64,000 bases of DNA, from NCBI GenBank assembly GCA_963663765.2, contig CAXXUA010000005.1:1280001-1344000 (forward strand). The letters are read 5' to 3'. A program made the position numbers and the translations under genes. Below the pieces are notes generated by a model. It saw nothing but the letters and a program-made list of their open reading frames with translations, was not told the origin of the DNA and made no database searches. Positions 10,886 through 20,330 of this stretch are shown here, piece after piece (position 1 is the first letter of the stretch; each line of letters starts with the position of its first letter). The stretch is from Candidatus Poribacteria bacterium (GTDB taxonomy: Bacteria; Poribacteria; WGA-4E; WGA-3G).

Positions 10886-11742
10886 ATGTTAAGTTCAAGT
10901 CGACCATAATCGCACTCGCGATCCTATTCGTTTTCATCAGTTATGTGAGTAACTCTTATGCCTTTGAAATTGTAGAAATGGATCCAGCAGATGGATCCTC
11001 AGTTGAGGTATATTACGACGCTTGGTATGATTATCTATCCCACGGTGCGAGTTTAAGTACCGACGAACCGTATTATGCGGTAAGTTGGTATGTTGACGGT
11101 GTTTACGTAGGAACTAATGGGGGTGGTAATCCAGAAGATACAGAAGCTTATTTCGGTTTTTATAATCTTACTGAAAGCGGTACAGGAACAACTTATACAA
11201 TAAGGGCAGAAGCATGGTCCATTGGCACGCCTGAAAATCCGAGTGTCTTAGATACTGCTACCTATACGTTCACTGTCTACACTTTTGAAATTTTAGAGAT
11301 ACGCCCTGAAGGTGGACTCCCATGGGAACGACCATCTATCCCGTAGGTGCATGTTGATAATATACCGCACCACGATTATGTATTGGTGTCAGAGCCATAT
11401 CATTATACGGATGAAAGTAAACGAGATACTATCCGTTTTTCATATAGTGTTGTGCGTATTAACCCAAATGATATGGGCAAAAAACATGCTGCCTGGATCT
11501 CTACAGTGTATAGTGCGGATCCAATTTTTATTCAAGGGGACGTGGCGAAGGGTGAGACTGTAAATGTGCCTTTTTCTCACTCACATACATCTGTTCGGAG
11601 GAATAACGGTTGGAATGATGATGTCTTTAGGGTACAGGCACATGTATCCTTAGAGGTAAATAATTTAGATGACTTTAGCGTGAACGATAAATGGGAGGAC
11701 GATGATTTTTTGGACTTCCGTGTACCTGTAGATGATTTCTAA
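10886..11742 (+). pseudogene. Disrupted secreted acidic beta-rich protein
   Basis: AAGGAG-ATG at 10886 is out of frame with the signal-peptide-like KFKSTIIALAILFVF...SYA; in-frame TAG at 11344-11346 separates ORFs 10801-11346 and 11347-11742, which share a frame. Confidence 0.6.
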
Positions 11743-11778
11743 CTATTATTTTTCTTTTTTCACACAAATGTCTTTTAT

Positions 11779-13200
11779 CAAGAATCACGACAAAACCCCT
11801 ACCTTTAGGTAGTGGGATGTAGTCGTGCTAAGTGCTTGTGTCAAGAAAAAACTTGATTTTTGGTTTAAAACATGAGATACTCATTATACCAGTTCAGTGT
11901 AGGTGCTACTAACACCTACACACCTTTAGTAGAGGGAACTGACGTCTTCATAGGACTGGAATATCATCATGCTAAAAACACATAAGATTGCATTGAATCC
12001 AAATAACAATCAACGAAAATGGTTTGCACAACAGTGTGGCTATGCGAGATTTGCATATAATCATGCATTAGCAGATTTCAAGTCTGCATTGGCAAATGAT
12101 GAGTTCTTATCCGCTGCGAAGTTAAACACTCGATTTAATATTGCTAAGAAAGCACATGCTTGGACTAAAGATATGGATCAGGTTGTAGCCAATAAAAGCA
12201 TATTTGGTAACTTGTCTGCTGCGCTTGCGAATTGGGTTGGTAAGCGTGCGAAGTTTCCGAAGTTCAAGAAGCGTGGCAAAAAGGACGCATTCACCACAAA
12301 TAATCAATCTGTAGAAGTTGAAGGTAAGCGTATCAAACTTCCTAAGATTGGTTGGATTAGCATGTTTGAATCATTGCGTTTTGTGGGTAAGATTATGAAA
12401 GTGACGATCTCAAGGACAGCACATCGTTGGTTTGTATCTATCACCATAGAAATAGAGGACACCGAAGCAGTTGATAACTCAACGCACCCTGTGATTGGTA
12501 TAGATGTAGGCATAAACACACTTGCCACATTGAGTGATGGCACGAAATATGATAATCCAAGACCCCTGAAACGATATGAAAAGAAGTTAGCAAGAGAACA
12601 ACGTAGATTAAGTAGAAAAGTTTTCAAGTCTAACAACTGGTTCAAACAAAAACACAAGTTAGAACGTATCTACTATCGTATCGCTTGTATCCGAAACGAT
12701 GCACATCATAAAGCAACTACAGAGATTGTCAACCTCGCATCTGCGATCGGTATTGAGACACTCAAGGTTACTAATATGCTGAAGAACAGAAACCTCGCAA
12801 AAGCATTGTCAGATACAGCATTAGGCGGTTTCCTGCTAAAACTCAAGACAAAAGCAGAAGTGCACGGTATACCTGTCAAAGAAGCAGATATGTTCTTTGC
12901 AAGTAGTAAAACCTGTTCCGGTTGTGGACACAAAAAGAAAGACCTAACACTTTCAGAAAGAATGTATCACTGCAGTCAATGTGATATGTCTATAGATAGA
13001 GATGTCAACGCTGCAATAAACTTGAAACCAACTACGGTGGGACACACCGAAAGTCACGCCTGTGGAGTGCAAATAAGACCCAACGCTGTTCAGGAAAGGG
13101 CACGAGACACGGAAGCAGGAAAAGTCGTTTGGAAACAACTCAAACCGTTTCCAATATAAGAACTAAGAACCCCCATGCTTTAGCTTGGGGAGTATGTCAG
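11779..13200 (+). mobile_element. IS200/IS605-family TnpB-only (IS1341-like) element
   Basis: TTTAT immediately upstream (11774-11778); left-end hairpin 11786-11827; right-end hairpin CCCCCATGCTTTAGCTTGGGG followed by AGTATGTCAG; no tnpA; removing the element restores a palindrome. Confidence 0.85.
11969..13159 (+). CDS. tnpB: RNA-guided endonuclease TnpB
   Basis: CGYARFAYN, FPKFKKR, IKLPKIG, RuvC IGIDVG / IETL / DRDVNAAINL, zinc finger CSGC...CSQC. Confidence 0.95.
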   Translation: MLKTHKIALNPNNNQRKWFAQQCGYARFAYNHALADFKSALANDEFLSAAKLNTRFNIAKKAHAWTKDMDQVVANKSIFGNLSAALANWVGKRAKFPKFKKRGKKDAFTTNNQSVEVEGKRIKLPKIGWISMFESLRFVGKIMKVTISRTAHRWFVSITIEIEDTEAVDNSTHPVIGIDVGINTLATLSDGTKYDNPRPLKRYEKKLAREQRRLSRKVFKSNNWFKQKHKLERIYYRIACIRNDAHHKATTEIVNLASAIGIETLKVTNMLKNRNLAKALSDTALGGFLLKLKTKAEVHGIPVKEADMFFASSKTCSGCGHKKKDLTLSERMYHCSQCDMSIDRDVNAAINLKPTTVGHTESHACGVQIRPNAVQERARDTEAGKVVWKQLKPFPI

Positions 13201-13220
13201 AGGCATTTGTGTGTTTTGTA
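13020..13220 (+). ncRNA. Predicted TnpB omega/reRNA (scaffold overlapping the tnpB 3' end and right end; guide from 13201)
   Basis: Inferred from the known architecture of IS200/IS605 TnpB loci; boundaries approximate. Confidence 0.55.
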
Positions 13221-13236
13221 AAAGGAGGTGCTATTC

Positions 13237-14238
13237 ATGAAAGTGAAACTTTGTCTGCTTAGCCTCATATTGCTAAGTCTCTATTCCTTAGATGCGAAAA
13301 TCGTTTTTACTTCAAAACGTAATACTCATGATGATGTTCTTCAGATATATATAATGGAGGATGATGGCAGTGATGTAAAACAGATATCACATTCAGAGTA
13401 TTGGGATAGCGAACCGAGTTGGTTTCCTAATGGGAGAGAGGTCTTATTTGTGAGAGATTTCACGCGTGGAGAACGGGTTGGATTTAATTCAGCATTCTTA
13501 ATTCTTGATGTAGAGACCGGTGAAGAGCGCACATTCATGGAGAACCACCCGACTGATCAGTTTCCCGCATTATCTCAAGATGGTAGATTGTTGGCATTCA
13601 ACAGCGTGCGTACGGGGATATGGAATATTTATGTGTTGGATTTAGCGAGTGGTAACGTGAAGCAGTTGACAGATAACATAGTGAGTGAATGGACAAAGAG
13701 CATGGGTTTGTCTCCTGATGGTAAGCAGATCGCGTATCATCATGAAGGGGCAGATGGCGATAACATTTGGGTGATGGATGCGGATGATGGTCGTCCAAAG
13801 AAACGTTTAACACAGGCGAAACCGATCCGCTTTTTCCGTGGAACACCACATTGGTCTCCATCGGGGAGATACATTATCTACAGCGAACAAGAACGAACAC
13901 ATGATATATTCACAGGGGCTGTGGCTATGCGTTTGTTTATTATTGATACACTCACTAAACGTACTGAAGAACATCGGTTTCCGGGAAAGACAACCATTGG
14001 TAACCGTATGTGCTGGATGGACGATGATAAGACTGTTTTACTCTCTATGAGGGCAGACTATACAGTTGAGGGGACGTTTTCTGACATTTACCGGTATGAC
14101 TTAGATACGCGTAAGTTGACGAACCTTACCAAGCATTTGTCTGGTAGTGACTACGATCCCCATTGGATTGCGGGGCCTCTTTCGGTATCTTCCACAGGGA
14201 AGTTGAGTGTTCGGTGGGGAGAGTTGAAAGCGGAGTGA
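13237..14238 (+). CDS. Secreted TolB-like beta-propeller (PD40 repeats) protein, paralog 1
   Basis: AAGGAGG RBS, signal peptide, IVFTS/QIYIM/PSW-P-G repeats, C-terminal SVSSTGKLSVRWGELK. Confidence 0.85.
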   Translation: MKVKLCLLSLILLSLYSLDAKIVFTSKRNTHDDVLQIYIMEDDGSDVKQISHSEYWDSEPSWFPNGREVLFVRDFTRGERVGFNSAFLILDVETGEERTFMENHPTDQFPALSQDGRLLAFNSVRTGIWNIYVLDLASGNVKQLTDNIVSEWTKSMGLSPDGKQIAYHHEGADGDNIWVMDADDGRPKKRLTQAKPIRFFRGTPHWSPSGRYIIYSEQERTHDIFTGAVAMRLFIIDTLTKRTEEHRFPGKTTIGNRMCWMDDDKTVLLSMRADYTVEGTFSDIYRYDLDTRKLTNLTKHLSGSDYDPHWIAGPLSVSSTGKLSVRWGELKAE

Positions 14239-14246
14239 TAATTTCT

Positions 14247-14311
14247 TTTTTAGAACACAAGTGTCTATATAGACACTTGTGTTCTAAAAATAGACACTTG
14301 TGTTCTAAAAA
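14247..14311. terminator. Long palindrome (AGAACACAAGTGTCT-ATAT-AGACACTTGTGTTCT) with a duplicated right arm
   Basis: Perfect inverted repeat flanked by T/A tracts; related copies at 15341-15375 and split by the IS at 11761/13201. Confidence 0.6.
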
Positions 14312-14322
14312 AGGGGGTTTTT

Positions 14323-15327
14323 ATGAAAACCAAGTTGTGTCTATTCTGTCTAATCTTGCTTCAGCTGAGTGTTTGTATTATAGAGTCAAAAATCATTTTC
14401 ACCTCCGGACGCAAAGACAATACAGACTATCAACTTTTTATAATGGAGGACGATGGCAGTGACGTAAGACAAGTTTTACATTCAAAGTATCGTGATCTTA
14501 AACCGGGTTGGTTTCCTAATGGGAGAGAGGTCTTATTTGTGAGAGATTTCACGGGCGGAGAACAGGTTGGCTCTAATTCAGCATTCTTAATTCTTGATGT
14601 AGAGACCGGTGAAGAACGCACATTTATGGAGAATCACCCGACTGATCAGTTTCCCGCATTGTCTCGAGATGGTAGATTGTTAGCATTCAACAGCGTGCGT
14701 ACGGGGATATGGAATATTTATGTGTTGGACTTAGCGAGTGGTAACGTGAAGCAGTTGACAGACAACATATTGAGTGAATGGTCAAAGGGCATGGGTTTGT
14801 CTCCTGATGGTAAGCAGATCGTGTATCATCATGAAGGTGCAGAGGGTGATAACATTTGGGTGATGGATGCGGATGATGGTCGTCCAAAGAAACGGTTAAC
14901 ACAGGCGAAACCGATCCGCTTTTTCCGTGGAACACCACATTGGTCTCTATCGGGAAGATACATAATTTATAAAGAACAGGAACGAACGCATGATATATTT
15001 ACAGGTGCTGTTGCTATGCGTTTGTTCGTTATTGATACACTTACTAAACGTAGTGAAGAACATCGGTTTCCGGGAAAGACACTCATATCTAACCGTATGT
15101 GTTGGATGGACGATGATAAGACTGTTTTACTCTCTATGAAGGCGGACTATACAGATGAGAGGGCGGTTTATGACATTTACCGGTATGACTTGGATACGCG
15201 TAAGTTGACAAACCTTACCAAGAATTCGTATGGTGGAGACTACCATCCTCATTGGATTGCGGGGCCTCTTTCGGTATCTTCCACAGGGAAGTTGAGTGTT
15301 CGATGGGGAGAGTTGAAAGCGGAGTGA
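14323..15327 (+). CDS. Secreted TolB-like beta-propeller protein, paralog 2
   Basis: Tandem duplicate of 13237-14238, near-identical over most of its length. Confidence 0.85.
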   Translation: MKTKLCLFCLILLQLSVCIIESKIIFTSGRKDNTDYQLFIMEDDGSDVRQVLHSKYRDLKPGWFPNGREVLFVRDFTGGEQVGSNSAFLILDVETGEERTFMENHPTDQFPALSRDGRLLAFNSVRTGIWNIYVLDLASGNVKQLTDNILSEWSKGMGLSPDGKQIVYHHEGAEGDNIWVMDADDGRPKKRLTQAKPIRFFRGTPHWSLSGRYIIYKEQERTHDIFTGAVAMRLFVIDTLTKRSEEHRFPGKTLISNRMCWMDDDKTVLLSMKADYTDERAVYDIYRYDLDTRKLTNLTKNSYGGDYHPHWIAGPLSVSSTGKLSVRWGELKAE

Positions 15328-15340
15328 TAATTTCTTTTTT

Positions 15341-15375
15341 AGAACACAAGTGTCTTTATAGGCACTTGTGTTTTT
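15341..15375. terminator. Palindrome between convergent genes (probable bidirectional terminator)
   Basis: AACACAAGTGTCT-TTAT-AGGCACTTGTGTT followed by a T tract. Confidence 0.6.
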
Positions 15376-15417
15376 CTGCTTAAATTTTAGCACCAAGGCA
15401 CTTATCGACTTAGATGT

Positions 15418-16806
15418 CTACCGCGAATTAAGCGGTAACCACATCAACACCGTAGTGCCTTCACCCAGCACGCTATCAATCTCAACCGTACCCGCATGTT
15501 CCTCAAGAATACGTTTTACATTCGCCAATCCAAGTCCCGTCCCCTTCGTTTTCCGTGTAAAAAACGGCTCAAATAAGTGTTCAATATCTTCTTCAGGTAT
15601 ACCAGCACCAGTATCCACAACTTTTATACACACCGAATCTTCCTGTTTGAATACAGACACAGCAATAGTGCCACCTTCAGGCATCGCCTCCATCGCATTC
15701 AAAACAACGTTCATAAACGCCTGTTTAATCTTGTCAGAATCAAACTCAAAGTCAGGAAGTTTCGCATCAAGTTCTAAATACAACTGAATCTGATGATGTG
15801 TTAAGTTCGCTTCCATCAATGCTAAAACACTTTGTAATACTGGTACTAACGATTGTCGTTCAAGGTTGAGTGTTGTAGGACGCGCAAAATCCATCAAACC
15901 TTTCACGATCGTATCAATCCGCTCAATCTCCTCAAGTATGTATTCCAGCGATTGACGCTGCTCGTCTGACACAAGCGGCTTCTGTAATAACATTTGCGAC
16001 AACATCCGCATAGACGATAACGGATTTCTAATTTCATGCGCAAAAGATGTTGACATCTTTCCCGCTGTCGCTAAACGTTCCGATTGAAGCAACTTGTCTC
16101 GAGATTGCTTCAGGTCCTGCGTCATCTGATTGAACGCAATGGCTAAATCACCAATTTCGTCCTGGGTTTTAATCTCACACTGTTCATCAAGATTCCCCTC
16201 AGCAACCTGTTCTGTAAAACCAACTAAATCTGTTATCGGTTCTGTTATGTTCTTGCCAATACGATGACTAATCAACGCAACGAGTACCATTACAAGAATA
16301 GCAATACCTAACATATACAACGTCAGTGTTCGCTTCGCCTCCGAAATTTCATCCATCGGACGCAGTAAGCAATAATATCTACCAAAGGACAACAAATGAT
16401 AAAAGACTTTGTAATGTTTTCCACCAAGCCTAACATCGTGTGTGACAGGTGTAGCATCGCCTTTTTGGAACGATTGTTTCACCTGTGCTAAACGCATACT
16501 TCCAGCAAGAATGTCCATTTGCTGTTCAGAATCAGCAAGATCTCTCAGCGTACTCGCATTCAACGTATAATCCGAACCAAAAACCATTACCTCTACACTA
16601 TAAGCCTCCTTGACCTTCTCAATATCTTCCTGAATAAATCCTGTTTCTATAATGACTTCAAGCCAGCCTTGTGTCTCACGCGTAAACTGTTCACTATATT
16701 TCCAAGCAAACAACTCCACCGTCAACAATGGTACAATGACGGTAATAACTCCGAAAAGCAATAAGAAAGGAAGAACAATCTTGGTTTGAATGCTGAAGCG
16801 GCGCAT
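15418..16806 (-). CDS. HAMP-domain sensor histidine kinase
   Basis: Two TM segments, HAMP DEIGDLAIAFNQM, H-box AHEIRNPL, DTGAGI, FEPFFT, GTGLGL. Confidence 0.93.
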   Translation of the reverse strand: MRRFSIQTKIVLPFLLLFGVITVIVPLLTVELFAWKYSEQFTRETQGWLEVIIETGFIQEDIEKVKEAYSVEVMVFGSDYTLNASTLRDLADSEQQMDILAGSMRLAQVKQSFQKGDATPVTHDVRLGGKHYKVFYHLLSFGRYYCLLRPMDEISEAKRTLTLYMLGIAILVMVLVALISHRIGKNITEPITDLVGFTEQVAEGNLDEQCEIKTQDEIGDLAIAFNQMTQDLKQSRDKLLQSERLATAGKMSTSFAHEIRNPLSSMRMLSQMLLQKPLVSDEQRQSLEYILEEIERIDTIVKGLMDFARPTTLNLERQSLVPVLQSVLALMEANLTHHQIQLYLELDAKLPDFEFDSDKIKQAFMNVVLNAMEAMPEGGTIAVSVFKQEDSVCIKVVDTGAGIPEEDIEHLFEPFFTRKTKGTGLGLANVKRILEEHAGTVEIDSVLGEGTTVLMWLPLNSR

Positions 16807-17106
16807 GGGGATTCCTTAGGTGCAAAGCAGTATCAACACTTTACATCAGATAAACGCACTTGTCAAGCAAAAGCAAACACGGATATTCCATAGAAAACAC
16901 ATATCCTAAGCAAAAGATGTTATTGCAGAATCTTATCCGCGCACTCTGCGCCCGCCGCGTCCTCCGCGATTCTGACAGAAAATTCGCGTAATCTACGTCC
17001 CCCATGATTCAGAACACACCTGCATAATCCGCCAAATACCACGCACTCGCTCAACGTTGATTTGGGAGTACGATATGTCCATTATAACGACTATCTTTAA
17101 GGTATT

Positions 17107-17177
17107 TGAACAAAAACACATAATGAGTTGTCTAACCAAACAGAAATAAGGAACTTTTCAGCATAATAGGTGTATAA
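17107..17177 (+). promoter_or_regulatory. Tandem putative ECF-type promoters
   Basis: TGAACA-17-GTCTAA and GGAACT-16-GTATAA upstream of the ECF sigma gene. Confidence 0.4.
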
Positions 17178-17250
17178 ACCAAAGCAATTCAAAGGTGAAA
17201 ATATCTAATAAAATAGAAACCTATGTGTATGCATAGTCAGGAGTATTAAA

Positions 17251-17892
17251 ATGCCAGACACAAAAAGGCATCCCTATCTATTATCTGCAGATGAAATAGA
17301 TCTAATAGATGAACACGATTTGGTAACCCGCTTTCAAAACGGAGATACAGCAGCTTTCAATACTCTCGTCCTCAAATACCAAACCCGCATAGCAAAACTC
17401 ATCTATAGACACATCAAAGACACTGAAACAACAAAAGACCTCTGTCAAGATGTATTCCTGAAAGCATATAAAGCATTACCCAAATTCAAACGCGAGTCTG
17501 CATTCTACAGTTGGCTATACCGCATCGCTATGAACTGTTGTATTGACTATCTGCGCCAAAAAAACAAAAATAAAACTATCACCTTCGACGAATTAACCAC
17601 AAGTCCCGAAGAGTTATTGTTGATTAGCAAATGCCCATCACCATCTCATCTCATTGAGATGGAGGAACTCGGAGAAATTATTAACAAAGCAGTACAACAA
17701 CTTCCTACGAAACAACAGCACGTTTTCAAACTACGATATGACCAGAAACTAAAGATAAAAGAAATCGCTGTCCTGATAAACAGATCAGAGGGAACAGTCA
17801 AAACACACCTACACCACGCACACCGAAGGCTACGTGAATTGCTGCAACCCTATCTGGATAATCGTCCATTAGAATGGAACGGAGAAACATAG
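17251..17892 (+). CDS. ECF RNA polymerase sigma-70 factor
   Basis: GDTAAF, DLCQDVFLKAY, SAFYSWLYRIA (region 2); EIA...SEGTVKTHL (region 4). Confidence 0.92.
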   Translation: MPDTKRHPYLLSADEIDLIDEHDLVTRFQNGDTAAFNTLVLKYQTRIAKLIYRHIKDTETTKDLCQDVFLKAYKALPKFKRESAFYSWLYRIAMNCCIDYLRQKNKNKTITFDELTTSPEELLLISKCPSPSHLIEMEELGEIINKAVQQLPTKQQHVFKLRYDQKLKIKEIAVLINRSEGTVKTHLHHAHRRLRELLQPYLDNRPLEWNGET

Positions 17893-18386
17893 AAAAGAAA
17901 ATGGCATGATTTAATACACTCTAATACCGCAGGCAAAAATACCAAAAAACGCTTTTGTTGACGCAAATTGAATCACACGACAACAAACGCGTTTCTTGTT
18001 AATCAAATGTAAACCTTCAATAACAGTATGCGTTGAAACTAAATACCAAAAAGTATAACGACTAAAATAAACACTTTGCTTTGCATCCTATCCTAATCTA
18101 TGATAAACTACACAGACTTGACATAACGCAATCAATTTATGTTATATCAGGGATACCAAAGACATATAAAACCTATAAACATCAACTTTTAACTTGCACC
18201 TCTTTTATTAAATATGATACACTAATGACAATTGCCACAATTGAGCCAACTTTTTAGCAGAATCTACTACAAAAATCAAAAAACTATTGATATATTGGCT
18301 AACATGAAATAAAACTCGCAAAATAACTTGGAAATGTGGTAAACTCTACCGCAAAGTCACCCTTTTCTGTCTGAGGAGCGTTCAAA

Positions 18387-20270
18387 ATGAACGATAAAGA
18401 CAAGTATAACGACGAAAAAGAGAAGTATAGTAAGGATCGCAGAAGTCGATACGAACAAAAATCAATCGAAGACGAAGAACAGTTGGAACGCGATGAAAAC
18501 GAGCAAATTGAAGAAAATGCAACAAATTATGCATATTCTCGACGACCAACTGATCAGAACCGCTTTGAGCACGACCCAGTTGACGACGATGTTATTGAAG
18601 AAGACACCGCAAGTTCCGGCTATTCCTTACAACTAATACATCAAATCATCTCAGATACCCCTGTGGAAGATCGAAGAAGACGATGGCTTATTGAATTGCG
18701 CCGATCCATCATCAACGACGAAGGCGAATTCCGACACAGAGTCCGTTCCATCGAACAGGAAGCAAAAGTCATACTCACTGAGATGGAAGAACAAATAGAA
18801 AAACTAACAGCACCCGCGAACCGTATCGGAACACTACTCGCTGTTCAAACAGATGAAACCGTACGCGTCACCGTCGGAGGATCCGAATACTACGCAAATA
18901 TCGACCCAAAACTGGATACCAAAAACCTCAAAAAAGGCGTTAGCGTACTACTCAACGAAGCATTTGTCGTCATCGGTGAACTCGGATATAACGAATCCGG
19001 ACCTGTCGCAAAAATTGCCGATGTACTACCAGATGGTAGACTCCGAGTCGGATCCGAACCAAGCCTGCAATCCGTTATTATCGAACGCGCTGCCAACCTC
19101 ATAGATATAAAACTAAAGACAGGAGACGAAGTACGACTCGATGCAAGCCTTAAAGTCGCAATAGAACGTATAGAATCAAAAGAACGAAATGACTACACTC
19201 TTGAAGCAGTACCACAAATCCCATGGTCAAAAGTTGGTGGACTTGACGAAACAATACAACGTATAAAAGACACTATCGAACAACCGATCTTGCACCCGAA
19301 ACTCTTCAAGCGATTTCAATATACCGTACCGAAAGGCTTTCTGCTACACGGACCACCAGGCTGCGGTAAAACACTGATCGGAAAAGCAACCGCTTACAAC
19401 CTAACTGAACGCCTAAAAACTGAAACCGGTGAGGAAATTGAAGGAACTTTCCTTCATATCAAAGGTCCTGAAATACTAAACATGTGGCTAGGAGAATCCG
19501 AACGCAAAGTCAGAGAAATCTTCCTCGCAGCACGAGAAAAACGAGATGAAGGAAAACTCGCATTTGTCTTTATTGATGAAGCTGAATCTATTTTAGGTAC
19601 ACGCCGTGCTATGCGCTCACACAGCATCTCTAACACACTCGTCCCAATGTTCTGCGCAGAAATGGACGGCATCGAACCACTACAAGAAGTTGTCATCATA
19701 CTCGCAACAAACCGTCCCGACTTAATTGACCCAGCAATACTACGACCAGGAAGAATCGATAGAAAAATAAAAGTGACACGACCCAATAAAGAGGCTGCAA
19801 AAGATATATTCAGTATCTATCTCACCCCAGAACTCCCAATAGAAAACGTTACAGAAGAAATTGCTGGTAAAGAAGTCATCGACGGATTGATCACACAAGT
19901 CGTTGACGAAATGTTTCGTGAATCAACTGAAAACCGATTCCTTGAAGTCGCACTACGTAGCGGAAGACGAGACATTCTATACCGTGGACATCTCTGTAGT
20001 GGGGCAATAATCGAGTCCATCGTACAAAGAGCAAAAGAAACCGCAATGAAACGCGCAATCGCTGACCCTGACACAGAAACTGGTATCTCATCTGACGATC
20101 TCATAGACGCTCTCAACGCTGAATTCAGCGAAAATGATATCTTCCCACCCACAGAGGCTACAGAGGATTGGCTAAAACTATTGGATTACGACCCTGTCAA
20201 TGTCGTCAAAGTTACGCCTATTCAATATGAAAAAAGGGAACCCCGAAAAACACCAAGTCCGGTGATTTAG
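18387..20270 (+). CDS. arc: Proteasome-associated AAA ATPase (ARC/Mpa)
   Basis: Coiled coil, tandem OB domains, GPPGCGKT, IKGPEILNMWLGESER, FIDEAES, NRPDLIDPAILRPGRID; operon context. Confidence 0.92.
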   Translation: MNDKDKYNDEKEKYSKDRRSRYEQKSIEDEEQLERDENEQIEENATNYAYSRRPTDQNRFEHDPVDDDVIEEDTASSGYSLQLIHQIISDTPVEDRRRRWLIELRRSIINDEGEFRHRVRSIEQEAKVILTEMEEQIEKLTAPANRIGTLLAVQTDETVRVTVGGSEYYANIDPKLDTKNLKKGVSVLLNEAFVVIGELGYNESGPVAKIADVLPDGRLRVGSEPSLQSVIIERAANLIDIKLKTGDEVRLDASLKVAIERIESKERNDYTLEAVPQIPWSKVGGLDETIQRIKDTIEQPILHPKLFKRFQYTVPKGFLLHGPPGCGKTLIGKATAYNLTERLKTETGEEIEGTFLHIKGPEILNMWLGESERKVREIFLAAREKRDEGKLAFVFIDEAESILGTRRAMRSHSISNTLVPMFCAEMDGIEPLQEVVIILATNRPDLIDPAILRPGRIDRKIKVTRPNKEAAKDIFSIYLTPELPIENVTEEIAGKEVIDGLITQVVDEMFRESTENRFLEVALRSGRRDILYRGHLCSGAIIESIVQRAKETAMKRAIADPDTETGISSDDLIDALNAEFSENDIFPPTEATEDWLKLLDYDPVNVVKVTPIQYEKREPRKTPSPVI

Positions 20271-20330
20271 TTCATAACTTCAACTCAATACAGCATACAG
20301 TTGTTGGAATACAAAAGAAAGACCTAAAGC

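Noticed and set aside
13237-15327. Diversity-generating retroelement template/variable pair
   Set aside because: Differences are not adenine-specific, both copies are full genes, and there is no reverse transcriptase
14247-15375. Integron attC sites between the propeller genes
   Set aside because: Near-perfect palindromes without RYYYAAC/GTTRRRY boxes or extrahelical bases; no integrase
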